Shown here one piece after another: positions 19,199-30,167 of a stretch of 64,000 bases of DNA (position 1 is its first letter; every line of letters starts with the position of its first letter). The stretch is from Clostridiales bacterium (lineage in GTDB: Bacteria; Bacillota; Clostridia; Lachnospirales; Lachnospiraceae): contig JAHZHN010000012.1 in the NCBI GenBank assembly GCA_019420275.1, forward strand, positions 521 through 64,520, given 5' to 3'. Made by a program: the position numbers and the translations under genes. The notes below the pieces were generated by a model. That model saw only the letters and a program-made list of their open reading frames with translations. It was not told the DNA's origin and searched no databases.

Positions 19199-21339
19199 CG
19201 TTCTTTCATCGTCAGCTGGATCCTTTTTTTTGCTTCATCTACACTGACTACCGTCACATCTACTATATCACCAACACTGACTACTTCCAGAGGATGTTTG
19301 ATATATTTCTCAGACATCTGCGATATATGGACCAAACCATCTTGATGAACACCAATATCCACAAACGCTCCAAAATCAATCACATTTCTTACAGTTCCTT
19401 TCAACTTCATTCCTGGTTTCAAATCTTTCATTTCCAGGACATCCGTTCTAAGGATCGGCTTCGGCAGATCCTCTCTTGGATCTCTTCCCGGCTTTTCCAA
19501 TTCTTTTACAATATCCCTTAAAGTAATCTCACCGATTCCCAATTCTTGTGACAGCTGGCTGTAATCCGTAATCTCCCTGCTTATCCCCCTAACACCTTCT
19601 CTTGTCAGTGCCTCCAGGGAATATCCCAGCCGCTTTAACAGTTGCTTTGTCTCCCCATATGTTTCCGGATGGACGCCTGTTGCGTCCAGGGGCTGATCTC
19701 CGCCGGTCACTCTTAAAAATCCTGCACATTGTTCAAATGCCTTCGGTCCCAGTTTGGCCACTTTCAGCAGTTCTTTCCTATTTTGAAATCTTCCGTTTTC
19801 TTCCCGATAAGAAACAATATTTTTCGCCACTGTTTTTGAAATCCCTGAGACATATTCCAGCAAAGACGCAGACGCCGTATTTAAGTCTACTCCTACCTTA
19901 TTTACTGTGGCTTCTACAACTCCTTCCAAAGCTTTTGACAGCTGTTTTTGATTCATATCATGCTGATACTGCCCCACTCCTATGGCTTTTGGCTCAATCT
20001 TTACCAATTCTGCCAGCGGATCCTGCACCCTTCTGGCGATAGATGCGGCACTTCTCTGACCTACATCAAAATTTGGAAATTCTTCTGCCGCCAGTTTGCT
20101 GGCGGAATATACAGACGCTCCTGCTTCGTTTGTAATCACATACTGCACCGGTTCTGAAATTTCTTTTAACATTTCCACAACAATCTGCTCTGATTCCCGG
20201 GATGCAGTCCCGTTTCCGATTGAAATCAGTGTAATCCCATATTTTTTAATCAGCCGCTTCACCGTCTTTTTCGCTTCTTCTACTTTATTTTGAGGTGCTG
20301 TTGGATAAATTACAACCGTATCCAACACTTTTCCTGTAGCGTCTACGACTGCCAGCTTACAGCCGGTCCGAAAGGCCGGATCCCATCCAAGGACAATCTG
20401 TCCTGCAATCGGCGGCTGCATCAGAAGCTGTTCCAGATTTTTGCCAAATAATTTGATGGCTTCTGTTTCAGCTTTTTCCGTCAACTCGCTGCGAATATCT
20501 CTTTCAATAGATGGTGCAATCAGTCTTTTATAGCTGTCTTCAATCGCTTCCAGCAGAATTTTGGTCGTATATTCATTTCTCTTTGTGATCACATGTCTGG
20601 TTAAATAACCGGCAATTCTCTTTTGGTCCGGCTCGATCTTTACCTGAAGAATTCCTTCTTTTTCTCCACGGTTTATGGCCAAGATCCGATATCCGGCAAT
20701 CCGGCAGACCGGTTCTTTAAAATCATAATACATTTCAAAAACAGAAGATTCAGCAGGCTTTTTGGCTGCAGAAACAATGTCCCCATGATCCCACGTAGAC
20801 TTGCGGATATAGCTGCGGTACTTCGCATTATCTGAAATCATTTCCGCAAGAATATCTTTTGCGCCTTTGACAGCATCATCTGCTGTGGCAACGCCTTTTT
20901 CTTCATCAATGTATTTTTTTGCTTCCTCTTCTGCCGGCAGCTTCATCTGCTGCGCAAGAATCATTTTTGCAAAAGGTTCGAGACCTTTTTCCCTGGCAGC
21001 CATTGCCCGAGTTCGTTTTTTCTGTTTATACGGACGATAAATATCCTCTACAGCAACTAAAGTCCTTGCTTCCTCAAGACTCTTTGCCAGCTGCGGTGTC
21101 ATTTTCCCCTGTTCTTCAATGCTCTTTGCCACAGTCTCCTTTCGCTCCTGGAGACTGCGCAGATAAACTAGTCTTTCATACAAATTTCTAAGAGTCTCAT
21201 CATCCAGAGACCCCGTCATTTCCTTTCGGTATCTGGCGATAAACGGAATCGTATTTCCCTCATCAATCAGCTTAATAGTTGTCTCTGCCTGCTGCCGTTT
21301 GATTCCTAATTCTTCCTGCAAAATTCTTATAATATCCAT
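19195..21339 (-). CDS. tex: Tex-family RNA-binding transcription accessory protein
   Basis: EGNTIPFIARYRKE, DPAFRTGCK, GASVYSAS, HhH, C-terminal S1. Confidence 0.95.
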   Translation of the reverse strand: MDIIRILQEELGIKRQQAETTIKLIDEGNTIPFIARYRKEMTGSLDDETLRNLYERLVYLRSLQERKETVAKSIEEQGKMTPQLAKSLEEARTLVAVEDIYRPYKQKKRTRAMAAREKGLEPFAKMILAQQMKLPAEEEAKKYIDEEKGVATADDAVKGAKDILAEMISDNAKYRSYIRKSTWDHGDIVSAAKKPAESSVFEMYYDFKEPVCRIAGYRILAINRGEKEGILQVKIEPDQKRIAGYLTRHVITKRNEYTTKILLEAIEDSYKRLIAPSIERDIRSELTEKAETEAIKLFGKNLEQLLMQPPIAGQIVLGWDPAFRTGCKLAVVDATGKVLDTVVIYPTAPQNKVEEAKKTVKRLIKKYGITLISIGNGTASRESEQIVVEMLKEISEPVQYVITNEAGASVYSASKLAAEEFPNFDVGQRSAASIARRVQDPLAELVKIEPKAIGVGQYQHDMNQKQLSKALEGVVEATVNKVGVDLNTASASLLEYVSGISKTVAKNIVSYREENGRFQNRKELLKVAKLGPKAFEQCAGFLRVTGGDQPLDATGVHPETYGETKQLLKRLGYSLEALTREGVRGISREITDYSQLSQELGIGEITLRDIVKELEKPGRDPREDLPKPILRTDVLEMKDLKPGMKLKGTVRNVIDFGAFVDIGVHQDGLVHISQMSEKYIKHPLEVVSVGDIVDVTVVSVDEAKKRIQLTMKER

Positions 21340-21350
21340 TTTTCCATTCC

Positions 21351-21845
21351 TTATAAGTCGATGATGATTCTCTGGCCTTTCGCCTGAAACTGCCGATACT
21401 TCACTCCGGCCATATCAAACATCTTCTTTGATGCCATCGTCGCGTCTGAATCTGCATATTTGTCCTGCATATAGATGACTTCCTTCATTCCACTCTGAAT
21501 AATTGCCTTCGCACATTCATTGCACGGAAACAGCGTCACATAGACCCTGGCGCCTTCCAATGAACCGCCTCCATAATTTAATATGGCATTGAGTTCCGCA
21601 TGGCAAACATAAAAATATTTTGTATCAAGCGGTTCTCCTTCTCTCTCCCACGGCATATCGTCATCATTGCATCCAATCGGCATTCCATTGTATCCCACTG
21701 ACAGGATTTTATTATGATCATTGACCAGACAGGCCCCTACCTGTGTATGATCATCTTTGCTCCTCTGGGCAGAGAGCAGAGCAATCCCCATAAAATACTG
21801 ATCCCATGAAATATAATCATTTCGTTTCATCGATCCTGCTTCCAT
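21351..21845 (-). CDS. dCMP deaminase
   Basis: [22 protein letters not shown]; start may be the second Met (21830). Confidence 0.92.
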   Translation of the reverse strand: MEAGSMKRNDYISWDQYFMGIALLSAQRSKDDHTQVGACLVNDHNKILSVGYNGMPIGCNDDDMPWEREGEPLDTKYFYVCHAELNAILNYGGGSLEGARVYVTLFPCNECAKAIIQSGMKEVIYMQDKYADSDATMASKKMFDMAGVKYRQFQAKGQRIIIDL

Positions 21846-21858
21846 CCTTTCTTATCTG

Positions 21859-21894
21859 AAAAAACCGCCTGAACTAGTATACAGGCGGTTTTTT
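21859..21894 (-). terminator. Intrinsic terminator after lysC
   Basis: AAAAAACCGCCTG-N10-CAGGCGGTTTTT. Confidence 0.85.
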
Positions 21895-21900
21895 CGATTG

Positions 21901-23103
21901 CTACATTTTAAATGCGCTGTGCGCGGCGATCATTGCCTTTTCCATATCTTCTTTGTTCACCAAAACTGTTACACGAATCTCAGATGTAGAAATCATACGA
22001 ATATTGATATTGGCTTCATATAATGCCTGGAACATACGGGCTGCCATTCCATAATGATTTCGCAGTCCTACTCCTATGATGGATACTTTCGCCATTTCCG
22101 TAGTATAATTAATTCCTTCATAGGCATCATCAGAAAGATGATCTTCCAATGCCTTTACTGCAAGTTCCATATCACTTTCTTTTACTGTGAAAGAAATATC
22201 TTTCTTATTTCCTCGTCCCACAGACTGAAGAATCATATCAACGTTTACATTCTTTTTAGCCAGAACATTAAAAATCTTAAATGCCATTCCTGGAATGTCC
22301 TCCACCCCAAGAACAGAAATTCTTGCCGCATCATCGTCACCTGCAACACCGCTGATTTCAGAAGTTCTTTTTCTTACATTTTCTTTTACAACTGTTCCTT
22401 CTTCCAGAGTCATGCTGGATCTTACCACAAGCTGCACATCATGCTTTTTCGCAAGTTCGACGGATCTATTATGCAGAACACCTGCACCCAGTGTCGCCAT
22501 CTCCAGCATCTCATCGTATGTGATCTCAGATAATTTCTTTGCATCCGGTACCTTTCTTGGATCGGCGGTATAAACTCCGTCAACATCCGTATAGATTTCA
22601 CATGCATCGGCATGAAGTGCTGCTGCCAGAGCAACCGCCGTCGTATCAGAGCCGCCTCGTCCCAGAGTCGTATAATTGTCAAAGCGGTCCACTCCCTGGA
22701 ATCCGGTTACGATTACGATTTTGCGCTGTTCCAGCTCATTCAGAATACGGTCTGTATCAATTCTCTTAATTCTTGCATTGCTGTATACAGAAGTTGTATG
22801 CATCGCAACCTGGAATGCGTTCAAAGACACTGCCGGCACCCCTAACGCGTCCATTGCCATAGCCATCAGAGAAACAGATGTCTGTTCTCCAGTTGTCAAA
22901 AGCATGTCCATTTCTCTTCTTGACGGATTCGGATTAATTTCCTGTGCCTTGGCAATCAGTTCATCTGTCATCTTTCCCATCGCTGAAAGTACTACGACTA
23001 CATCGTTTCCTTTCTGATATTCCTCAATACATCTCTTTGCTACATTTACAATACGGTCTTTGTTTCCTACAGAAGTACCGCCAAACTTTTTCACTACTAG
23101 CAT
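21901..23103 (-). CDS. lysC: Aspartate kinase
   Basis: KFGGTS, SAMG, TTLGRGGSD, DVDGVYTADP, two ACT domains. Confidence 0.95.
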   Translation of the reverse strand: MLVVKKFGGTSVGNKDRIVNVAKRCIEEYQKGNDVVVVLSAMGKMTDELIAKAQEINPNPSRREMDMLLTTGEQTSVSLMAMAMDALGVPAVSLNAFQVAMHTTSVYSNARIKRIDTDRILNELEQRKIVIVTGFQGVDRFDNYTTLGRGGSDTTAVALAAALHADACEIYTDVDGVYTADPRKVPDAKKLSEITYDEMLEMATLGAGVLHNRSVELAKKHDVQLVVRSSMTLEEGTVVKENVRKRTSEISGVAGDDDAARISVLGVEDIPGMAFKIFNVLAKKNVNVDMILQSVGRGNKKDISFTVKESDMELAVKALEDHLSDDAYEGINYTTEMAKVSIIGVGLRNHYGMAARMFQALYEANINIRMISTSEIRVTVLVNKEDMEKAMIAAHSAFKM

Positions 23104-23130
23104 CTTTGTGCCTCCTACATCTATCTTCTC

Positions 23131-24330
23131 TTATTTTTGTAATAAACGGTTCATCAGTTCATATCCATATTCCATGACCAGCCCTGTACTTCTAGCTGCT
23201 GCTTCACTATACTCTTCCTGACATCCCAAGGATCTGCGGCTGTCATAGATCATAAATGGAATCGGATCCTTTGTATGCGTACGGATTGCAATCGGCGTCG
23301 GATGATCTGGCCCAATCAGCATGCGGAAATCTTCTCCCGCCTCTTCCAATCCTTCTTTTACAATTCTGACCACCTGGTCATCCAGATATTCAATTGCCTG
23401 AACTTTATGGTCTATATTTCCCTGATGTCCCATCTCATCTGGTGCTTCTACATGAATATACGCGAAATCATCGCCTTTTTCAAGCAGCGCTTCCAGTGCG
23501 GCCTGAGCTTTCCCCTTATAATTGGTATCCAGTCCTCCATTGGCGCCTTCCACATCCAGATTTCTCATTTTGGCACCCACGGCAATTCCTTTCAGCAAAT
23601 CTACTGCAGAAACCATTGCTCCTTTCATTCCGGTCTTTCCTTCAAACTCGTCCAGCGCCGGTTTGGTTCCTGCGCCCCAAAACCAAAGGCTATTTGCCTT
23701 GTTCAGACCTTTTTCGGCTCTTGCCTCATTGATTGGATGATGATCCAGAATCTCAAAACTTTTCTTCATCATCTCCCGCAGCTTTTTTTCTTTTGGAAGA
23801 TAATCTCCGATCTTCTTTCCTAAAATATCATGAGGCGGAACCAGCTCTGCCATCTTTCCATGATCCCATATCGTCAAATGACGATAGCTTACGCCCGGAT
23901 AGAATTTGTACTCATCATCTTCCAGTTCTTTCCTTACAGCTTCAATCAAAATCTTAGCCTCTTGTGTTGTGATTTCCCCGGCACTGTGGTCAAGGATTGC
24001 TTTCTCCTCGTATTCTCCCTCTTCTTCCAGAGTTACAATATTGCATCTTAAGGCAACATCTGTATCCTTCATATCCACGCCGATGCTCAGGGCTTCTAAA
24101 GGAGAACGCCCAGAATAATACTTCTGCGGATCATATCCAAGCATGGACAAATTTGCCACATCACTTCCTGCCGGAAGATTGTCCGGCACGGTATAAGCAA
24201 TACCCTGTTCCGCTTTTTTTGCCATCTCATCCATGACCGGCTTATGCGCCGCCTGCAAAGGCGTTCTGCCTCCAAGGCTTTCAATTGGCTCATCGGCCAT
24301 TCCATCTCCTAAAATAATTACGTATTTCAT
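23131..24330 (-). CDS. apgM: Cofactor-independent phosphoglycerate mutase family (ApgM; proposed homoserine kinase subfamily)
   Basis: GDGMAD, GSDVAN, GRSPLEA, HVEAPDEMGH, PDHPTP...TH; start at ATG 24330. Confidence 0.85.
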   Translation of the reverse strand: MKYVIILGDGMADEPIESLGGRTPLQAAHKPVMDEMAKKAEQGIAYTVPDNLPAGSDVANLSMLGYDPQKYYSGRSPLEALSIGVDMKDTDVALRCNIVTLEEEGEYEEKAILDHSAGEITTQEAKILIEAVRKELEDDEYKFYPGVSYRHLTIWDHGKMAELVPPHDILGKKIGDYLPKEKKLREMMKKSFEILDHHPINEARAEKGLNKANSLWFWGAGTKPALDEFEGKTGMKGAMVSAVDLLKGIAVGAKMRNLDVEGANGGLDTNYKGKAQAALEALLEKGDDFAYIHVEAPDEMGHQGNIDHKVQAIEYLDDQVVRIVKEGLEEAGEDFRMLIGPDHPTPIAIRTHTKDPIPFMIYDSRRSLGCQEEYSEAAARSTGLVMEYGYELMNRLLQK

Positions 24331-24361
24331 ATCAGTCCTCCAGATAATTCTAGTCAGCTTA

Positions 24362-24802
24362 TTACTCCATAGCAATGATCTTTACATAAGAAACAGACGC
24401 AAGCTGCTCAACCTGCTGAATCATCGCCGATATATTCGTTTGCTCTGAGACAATATCTACACTGACGGTCAGAACTCCTTTTCCATTGATTGGAATGCTC
24501 TGATGAATCGTTAAAATATTCGCATGATACCGGGCAAAAACTCCCAAAATAGAAACCATCACTCCCGGCTGATCCTCAATTTCAATGACAAAAGTGATAT
24601 TCTTTCCCTTTTCCTTTGCATAAAACGGAAAAATATCATCTTTGTATTTGTAATAGGAACTCCTGCTGATTCCTACGCGTTCTGCCGCCTCCATGACAGA
24701 CACCGCCTGCTTGGAATCAAGAAGTTTCTGCACTTCCAGTACTTTTAACAAAACTTCCGGAACTGCCTTCTTCTTGATCACATAATACTTTGCATCTTCC
24801 AT
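24362..24802 (-). CDS. thrR: HTH-ACT regulator (ThrR/PheB family)
   Basis: VPEVL.KV, GISRSSYYKYKD, ANILTIHQSIP; heads an aspartate-pathway operon. Confidence 0.8.
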   Translation of the reverse strand: MEDAKYYVIKKKAVPEVLLKVLEVQKLLDSKQAVSVMEAAERVGISRSSYYKYKDDIFPFYAKEKGKNITFVIEIEDQPGVMVSILGVFARYHANILTIHQSIPINGKGVLTVSVDIVSEQTNISAMIQQVEQLASVSYVKIIAME

Positions 24803-24876
24803 ACGTCTTTCCTTCTTGTATTTCTGTGGTGTACATTTGTCTTTCTACAGAATACTATCACAGATATTTTCCAGAA

Positions 24877-25512
24877 TCAATAGGAAATTGGAAGATCTTT
24901 CAAACTATATTTCGGTTTCGGTTTTGTTACCTTACATTCCAGCCATGCTTTATCTGCTGCAAAAAAATCTCGAAATCTCTCATAGTATTCTCTTTGATAT
25001 CGCCGGGCATCCGCTTTCACACAAAATCCGTCCATATGAAGCTCACTCATCAGAAATCCAGTCCTCTTAAAATATTTTTCCTGAGTGCAAATTAAAAACC
25101 GTTTTCCAAGAAAAGCTTCTCGGCACCGATAAATTGTCGAATAAGTATCTAATCCCCCGTCATCCTCAAAGATATCTTCTGCCGGTACTCCCTGACGAAT
25201 CAGATATTTTCTGCCTGCCTGATTTTCTCTTTTTATTCCTGATACTATAATTTTATCTGCCTTCCGATCTTCATATAAATCCAAAGCTGCCGTCAGACGA
25301 TCTTCCAGCGCATAAGACAGCGTACCATCCTGATAAACCAGACATCCCGGCACAATTATAAAATCTGCATGCGGAATTTCCTGTATCTCTTCCAGGCAGT
25401 ACGTCTTTCTGCTGTTTTTCAGCCTGTGATTACAAAATAATGTAAAAAGACCACCTGATATTCCTACTGTCATCCCTGCTGTCAGAAAAAAAACGGTCTT
25501 TCCCTTCATCAT
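24877..25512 (-). CDS. SanA/YdcF (DUF218) family membrane protein
   Basis: N-terminal TM, IIVPG, LEDRL.AA.DLY, IIVSG, GVP.EDI..D..GLDTY, RD; ATGA overlap with the prfB stop. Confidence 0.8.
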   Translation of the reverse strand: MMKGKTVFFLTAGMTVGISGGLFTLFCNHRLKNSRKTYCLEEIQEIPHADFIIVPGCLVYQDGTLSYALEDRLTAALDLYEDRKADKIIVSGIKRENQAGRKYLIRQGVPAEDIFEDDGGLDTYSTIYRCREAFLGKRFLICTQEKYFKRTGFLMSELHMDGFCVKADARRYQREYYERFRDFFAADKAWLECKVTKPKPKYSLKDLPISY

Positions 25513-26636
25513 TCTCCTTCTTTCTGCTGATTCTGCTGATTTTCCCACGCAAGATACGCATTCATGAAAGAATCAAGATCTCCATCCAAAACGGCAGATG
25601 GATTTCCGCTTTCTTCATTGGTCCTATGATCCTTTACCATTGTATACGGCTGCAGAACATAAGAACGGATCTGACTTCCCCATCCATTATCAGATACATC
25701 TCCTCGGATATCAGACAGTTTTTCCAGATGCTGCTGCTCCTTTAATAAAAACAGCTTTGTTTTTAACATTTTCATGGCTTGGTCTTTATTTTTGTGCTGA
25801 GAGCGCTCATTCTGACATTGTACAACAATCCCTGTCGGAATATGGGTAATACGGATTGCGGAATCTGTCTTATTGATATGCTGTCCGCCGGCTCCGCTGG
25901 CCCGGTAAGTATCTATGCGAATATCCTCATCTGCGATTTCCACTTCCAAATCTTCCTCTATCTCCGGCATAACATCACAGGATGCAAACGACGTCTGCCT
26001 TTTTCCTGCCGCGTTAAACGGCGAAATTCTTACCAGACGATGCACTCCTCTTTCAGAGCGCAGATATCCAAAGGCATTCTCTCCCTTTATTTTTACCGTT
26101 ACGGACTTAATTCCGGCTTCTTCCCCATCCAGATAATCCAGAACTTCTGTGGCATATCCTTTTTTTCCAGCCCATCTGGTATACATCCGGTAAAGCATGC
26201 TTACCCAGTCACATGATTCTGTTCCTCCTGCTCCAGCATGAAGGGTCAAAATGGCATTGTTTTTATCATACTCTCCTGTCAAAAGAGTGGAAATACGAAG
26301 TCTCTCATATTCTTCCTGAAAACGATCCACCGTATCCTGTGCCTCTGCGGCAAGCTCTTTATCCTCCTCTTCTTCTGCCATATCAATTAAAACTTCCGCA
26401 TCTTCAAACTTAGTTTTTAACTCTTCATATTCTTCTACTACATTTTTTAAACTTTTGACTTCTTTCATGACCTTCTGAGATTCCTCCACATTGTCCCAAA
26501 ATCCCGGGGCTTCCATGGATTGTTCCAGCTGATCGATCCGATCTCTTTTCGCTTCTAACGCAAGAGAACCACTGAGGTCCTCCAGTGGTTCTCGAAAAGA
26601 GTTTAAAGTATATTTTAATTGTTCTAACTCAATCAC
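25509..26636 (-). CDS. prfB: Peptide chain release factor 2 (single uninterrupted frame)
   Basis: SPF tripeptide, GGQ, WGSQIRSY; GTG start at 26636 after AAGGAG. Confidence 0.96.
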   Translation of the reverse strand: MIELEQLKYTLNSFREPLEDLSGSLALEAKRDRIDQLEQSMEAPGFWDNVEESQKVMKEVKSLKNVVEEYEELKTKFEDAEVLIDMAEEEEDKELAAEAQDTVDRFQEEYERLRISTLLTGEYDKNNAILTLHAGAGGTESCDWVSMLYRMYTRWAGKKGYATEVLDYLDGEEAGIKSVTVKIKGENAFGYLRSERGVHRLVRISPFNAAGKRQTSFASCDVMPEIEEDLEVEIADEDIRIDTYRASGAGGQHINKTDSAIRITHIPTGIVVQCQNERSQHKNKDQAMKMLKTKLFLLKEQQHLEKLSDIRGDVSDNGWGSQIRSYVLQPYTMVKDHRTNEESGNPSAVLDGDLDSFMNAYLAWENQQNQQKEGE

Positions 26637-26647
26637 TGATAAACTCC

Positions 26648-29221
26648 TTATTTGTTGTTTTTGCCGCAGCAATTCTTATATTTCTTTCCGCTTCCGCAAG
26701 GGCAAGGATCATTTCTTCCTACCTTGGCACCTTTTCTCACATAAGGCGTCCTTGGTCCGTCTACGTCCTTGTTGGTTCCTGTAATCTTCGGTGCTTCTTC
26801 CTTTTCAATCTTTTGTTCAATCTGTACATGGAACAGAGCACCTGCTGTCTCTTCCTGAATGGCCTTGATCATATCATTAAACATATCAAATCCAACCAGG
26901 CGGTATTCTACAACCGGATCTCTCTGGCCATATGCCTGCATTCCGATTCCTTCCCTCAGCTGATCCATATCGTCAATATGATCCATCCACTTACGGTCAA
27001 TCACTTTCAGAAGAATGATACGCTCAATCTCCCGCAGATCAAATCCCTCAAATTCTTTTTCCTTCTGTTCATACAGATCAACCGTTTCCTGCTGAAGTCT
27101 CTCGATCAGTTTTTCAACTTTCTTAGATTTCTTTTCTTCTTCCGTAAGTTCAATCTTCTTCAGAGGAATGATTGGCAGCAGTTCCGCATTGAGTGCAGCC
27201 ATATCCCACTCTTCCGGAGACAATTCATTGCTGATAACTTGTCTTACCCGGTTCTCTACCGTGTCTTTCATCATCTTCAGAACAGATTTTTTCATATTGT
27301 CACCGTCCAAAACTCGGCGGCGTTCTTTATAAATTACTTCTCTCTGATCGTTGTTGACCCTGTCGTAATCCAGCAGGTTCTTACGTATTCCAAAGTTATT
27401 GTTCTCAATCTTTTTCTGTGCTTTTTCAATGGTCCTGCTGATGGATTTATGCTGGATTTCTTCTCCTTCCGGAATACCAAGAGCATTATATATTGTAATC
27501 ATCCTCTCAGATCCAAACAAACGCATCAAATCGTCTTCCAAAGACAAGTAGAATTTGGATTCTCCCGGATCTCCCTGACGTCCGGCACGTCCTCTCAGCT
27601 GATTATCAATTCGCCGAGACTCATGACGTTCTGTTCCGATGATCTTTAATCCTCCGAGTTCTGCAACACCCTCTTCCAGCACGATATCCGTACCACGTCC
27701 TGCCATGTTGGTCGCAATGGTAACTGCTCCGATTTCACCGGCATGAGAAACTATCTCCGCTTCTTTTTCATGGAATTTTGCATTCAATACACTGTGCTTG
27801 ATGTTGCGTTTTTTCAGCATCTTGGATAATTCCTCCGATGTCTCGATTGTGATCGTACCAACCAGCACCGGCTGTCCTTTTTTATGGGACTCGATAATGT
27901 CATTTACAACGGCATTCATCTTTTCACGTTTTGTCTTATAAATAGCATCGTCATGATCTATACGGATGACCGGCTTATTTGTCGGAATCACAACAACATC
28001 CATTCCATAAATCTCACGGAATTCCTGTTCCTCTGTCTGCGCTGTACCTGTCATACCCGCCTTCTTGTTGTATTTATTAAAGAAATTCTGGAATGTGATG
28101 GTTGCCAGCGTCTTAGATTCCCTCTTCACTTTTACATGCTCTTTTGCCTCAATTGCCTGATGCAGGCCATCGGAATAACGTCTTCCCGGCATAATTCGTC
28201 CGGTAAATTCATCAACGATCAGCACCTCATCATCCTTTACTACGTAATCTTTATCCTTAAACATCAGGTTGTGAGCTCTCAGGGCAAGGATGATATTATG
28301 CTGGATTGCCAGATTGTCCGGATCTGCCAGGTTCTCAATATGGAAAAAGTCTTCTACCTTTTTCACACCTTCAGCCGTCAGCATAATCTGTTTATCTTTC
28401 TCGTTTACAAGAAAATCTCCATCTTCCTCGATATCTTCATTCATCAGAATATCCATCTTGGAAAGTTCACCGTCGGAACTTCCTCTTTCCATCTTGCGGG
28501 CCAGAATATCACAGGCACGGTAAAGCTCTGTGGACTTATTGCTCTGCCCGGAAATAATCAATGGTGTTCTTGCCTCATCGATCAGTACAGAATCGACCTC
28601 ATCCACAATAGCATAATTCAGATCTCTTTGAACCAAATCCTTTTTATCAATGACCATGTTATCTCTCAGATAATCAAATCCAAGTTCATTATTTGTAATA
28701 TAAGTAATGTCACACTGATAAGCCAATCTTCTCGCGTCACTGTTCATATCATTGGTCACTACACCGACACTGAGTCCCAGGAATTTGTGTACCTGTCCCA
28801 TCCACTGGGCATCACGGGTTGCCAGATAATCATTGACCGTAACAATATGAACGCCTTTTCCTTCCAGGGCATTCAAATACGCCGGGAGCGTTGCTACCAG
28901 TGTTTTTCCTTCACCAGTACGCATCTCTGCAATTCGTCCCTGATGAAGAATAATTCCGCCGATGAGCTGTACTCGGTAATGCTTCATTCCAATGGTACGG
29001 CTGCTGGCTTCACGAACAACTGCAAAAGCCTCCGGGAGCAGATCATCCAAATTCTCTCCCATTTCCAGCCGCTCTTTGAATTCTTCCGTCTTATGTTTCA
29101 GTTCTTCATCAGACAATTTCTGCATTTCTTCATCTAATGCTTCAATCTTATCTACTGTCTTGCTGATTCTCTTGATCTCCTTATCGCTATGAGAACCAAA
29201 AACCTTATCTAATAAACTCAT
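26648..29221 (-). CDS. secA: Preprotein translocase ATPase SecA
   Basis: [39 protein letters not shown] motif [13 protein letters not shown]. Confidence 0.98.
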   Translation of the reverse strand: MSLLDKVFGSHSDKEIKRISKTVDKIEALDEEMQKLSDEELKHKTEEFKERLEMGENLDDLLPEAFAVVREASSRTIGMKHYRVQLIGGIILHQGRIAEMRTGEGKTLVATLPAYLNALEGKGVHIVTVNDYLATRDAQWMGQVHKFLGLSVGVVTNDMNSDARRLAYQCDITYITNNELGFDYLRDNMVIDKKDLVQRDLNYAIVDEVDSVLIDEARTPLIISGQSNKSTELYRACDILARKMERGSSDGELSKMDILMNEDIEEDGDFLVNEKDKQIMLTAEGVKKVEDFFHIENLADPDNLAIQHNIILALRAHNLMFKDKDYVVKDDEVLIVDEFTGRIMPGRRYSDGLHQAIEAKEHVKVKRESKTLATITFQNFFNKYNKKAGMTGTAQTEEQEFREIYGMDVVVIPTNKPVIRIDHDDAIYKTKREKMNAVVNDIIESHKKGQPVLVGTITIETSEELSKMLKKRNIKHSVLNAKFHEKEAEIVSHAGEIGAVTIATNMAGRGTDIVLEEGVAELGGLKIIGTERHESRRIDNQLRGRAGRQGDPGESKFYLSLEDDLMRLFGSERMITIYNALGIPEGEEIQHKSISRTIEKAQKKIENNNFGIRKNLLDYDRVNNDQREVIYKERRRVLDGDNMKKSVLKMMKDTVENRVRQVISNELSPEEWDMAALNAELLPIIPLKKIELTEEEKKSKKVEKLIERLQQETVDLYEQKEKEFEGFDLREIERIILLKVIDRKWMDHIDDMDQLREGIGMQAYGQRDPVVEYRLVGFDMFNDMIKAIQEETAGALFHVQIEQKIEKEEAPKITGTNKDVDGPRTPYVRKGAKVGRNDPCPCGSGKKYKNCCGKNNK

Positions 29222-29296
29222 TTCTTATTCTCCTAACTTCTCAATGTCCATACATGGTTCTATTTCCTCTCTTTACAGCAATATATAGACTGTTGT

Positions 29297-29325
29297 ATTG
29301 TAACACTTCTAAATATAAGACGCAA
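29297..29325 (-). promoter_or_regulatory. Sigma-A promoter of secA
   Basis: TTGCGT-N17-TACAAT with extended TG. Confidence 0.55.
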
Positions 29326-29373
29326 GTTAACAACCTGTAAATTTTCAAATTTCTTTTTCCTCTGCACAGAAAA

Positions 29374-29399
29374 AAAGAGAGGTCCAAAGACCTCTCTTT
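29374..29399 (-). terminator. Intrinsic terminator after hpf
   Basis: AAAGAGAGGTC-CAAA-GACCTCTCTTT with U tract on the minus strand. Confidence 0.85.
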
Positions 29400-29411
29400 C
29401 AGTGACGCAGC

Positions 29412-29942
29412 TTAAAATTCCGGTTCAATCAAACCGTATGTATTTCCTTTTCGTTTGTAAACTACATTGACTTCAAAGGTATCGGAATTCCGGAATACGA
29501 AAAAGTCATGTCCCAGAAGTTCCATCTGGATGCAGGCTTCTTCAACATCCATCGGTTTGATCGCAAACTTCTTGCTCCTGATGATACGGATCTCATCATC
29601 TTCTTCATCGTCTTCCATATCCATAAATTCCTGTCTGAAGCTGGTTCCCTCATGCTTCTGATTCATCAATCTCGTCTTATATCTGCGGATCTGACGCTCG
29701 ATTACATCAACTACAAGATCAATTGATACATACATATCCTCGCTGTCTTCCTCCGCACGGATAATATGGCCTTTCATAGGAATGGTAACTTCTATCTTCT
29801 GTCTTCCTTTTTGAACACTGAGGGTAACATTAACGATCGTATCATCTACCAGATACTTGTCAAGCCGTCCAAGCTTTTCCTCCACTGCTGCTCTGATTCC
29901 TTCGGTGACCTCAATGTTCTTTCCACTAATAATGAACTTCAT
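29412..29942 (-). CDS. hpf: Ribosome hibernation promoting factor (long HPF)
   Basis: GKNIEVT, DMYVSID, KPMDVEEA.QMELLGH.F, VVYKRK..YGLI; start at ATG 29942. Confidence 0.95.
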   Translation of the reverse strand: MKFIISGKNIEVTEGIRAAVEEKLGRLDKYLVDDTIVNVTLSVQKGRQKIEVTIPMKGHIIRAEEDSEDMYVSIDLVVDVIERQIRRYKTRLMNQKHEGTSFRQEFMDMEDDEEDDEIRIIRSKKFAIKPMDVEEACIQMELLGHDFFVFRNSDTFEVNVVYKRKGNTYGLIEPEF

Positions 29943-30071
29943 GGCTCCCAACTCCTTTACTTTTAATGTAAATTTATTATAACATATAACCCCTGCCAAT
30001 GAAACAAAATCTTTTTGGAAATACTACACAAAACAAATGTTTCCTTTTTCTGGTTTTTAACAATCGATTTT

Positions 30072-30167
30072 TGTCGATAACAAACTGTGGATAATGTGGA
30101 TAACTTTGTGTATAACTATTTTTTGGCTTTCCTGCGTGTTTTTTCATGTGGATAACTTTGTGTATAT
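30072..30167. promoter_or_regulatory. DnaA-box cluster (six co-oriented boxes)
   Basis: TGTGGATAA at 30086, 30095 and 30147; TGTGTATAA at 30107; 1-mismatch boxes at 30072 and 30159. Confidence 0.85.

Noticed and set aside
24825..24860. ThrR operator upstream of thrR
   Set aside because: Only a weak imperfect dyad (TGTCTTTC-TACA-GAATAC); cannot be supported without comparative data.
26585..29137. Long plus-strand ORFs (354 aa and 417 aa) opposite secA
   Set aside because: They are in the codon-aligned antisense frame, where stops need TTA/CTA/TCA sense codons. They have no RBS or motifs, so they are shadow ORFs. The same applies to the antisense ORFs over uvrA, tex, map and others.
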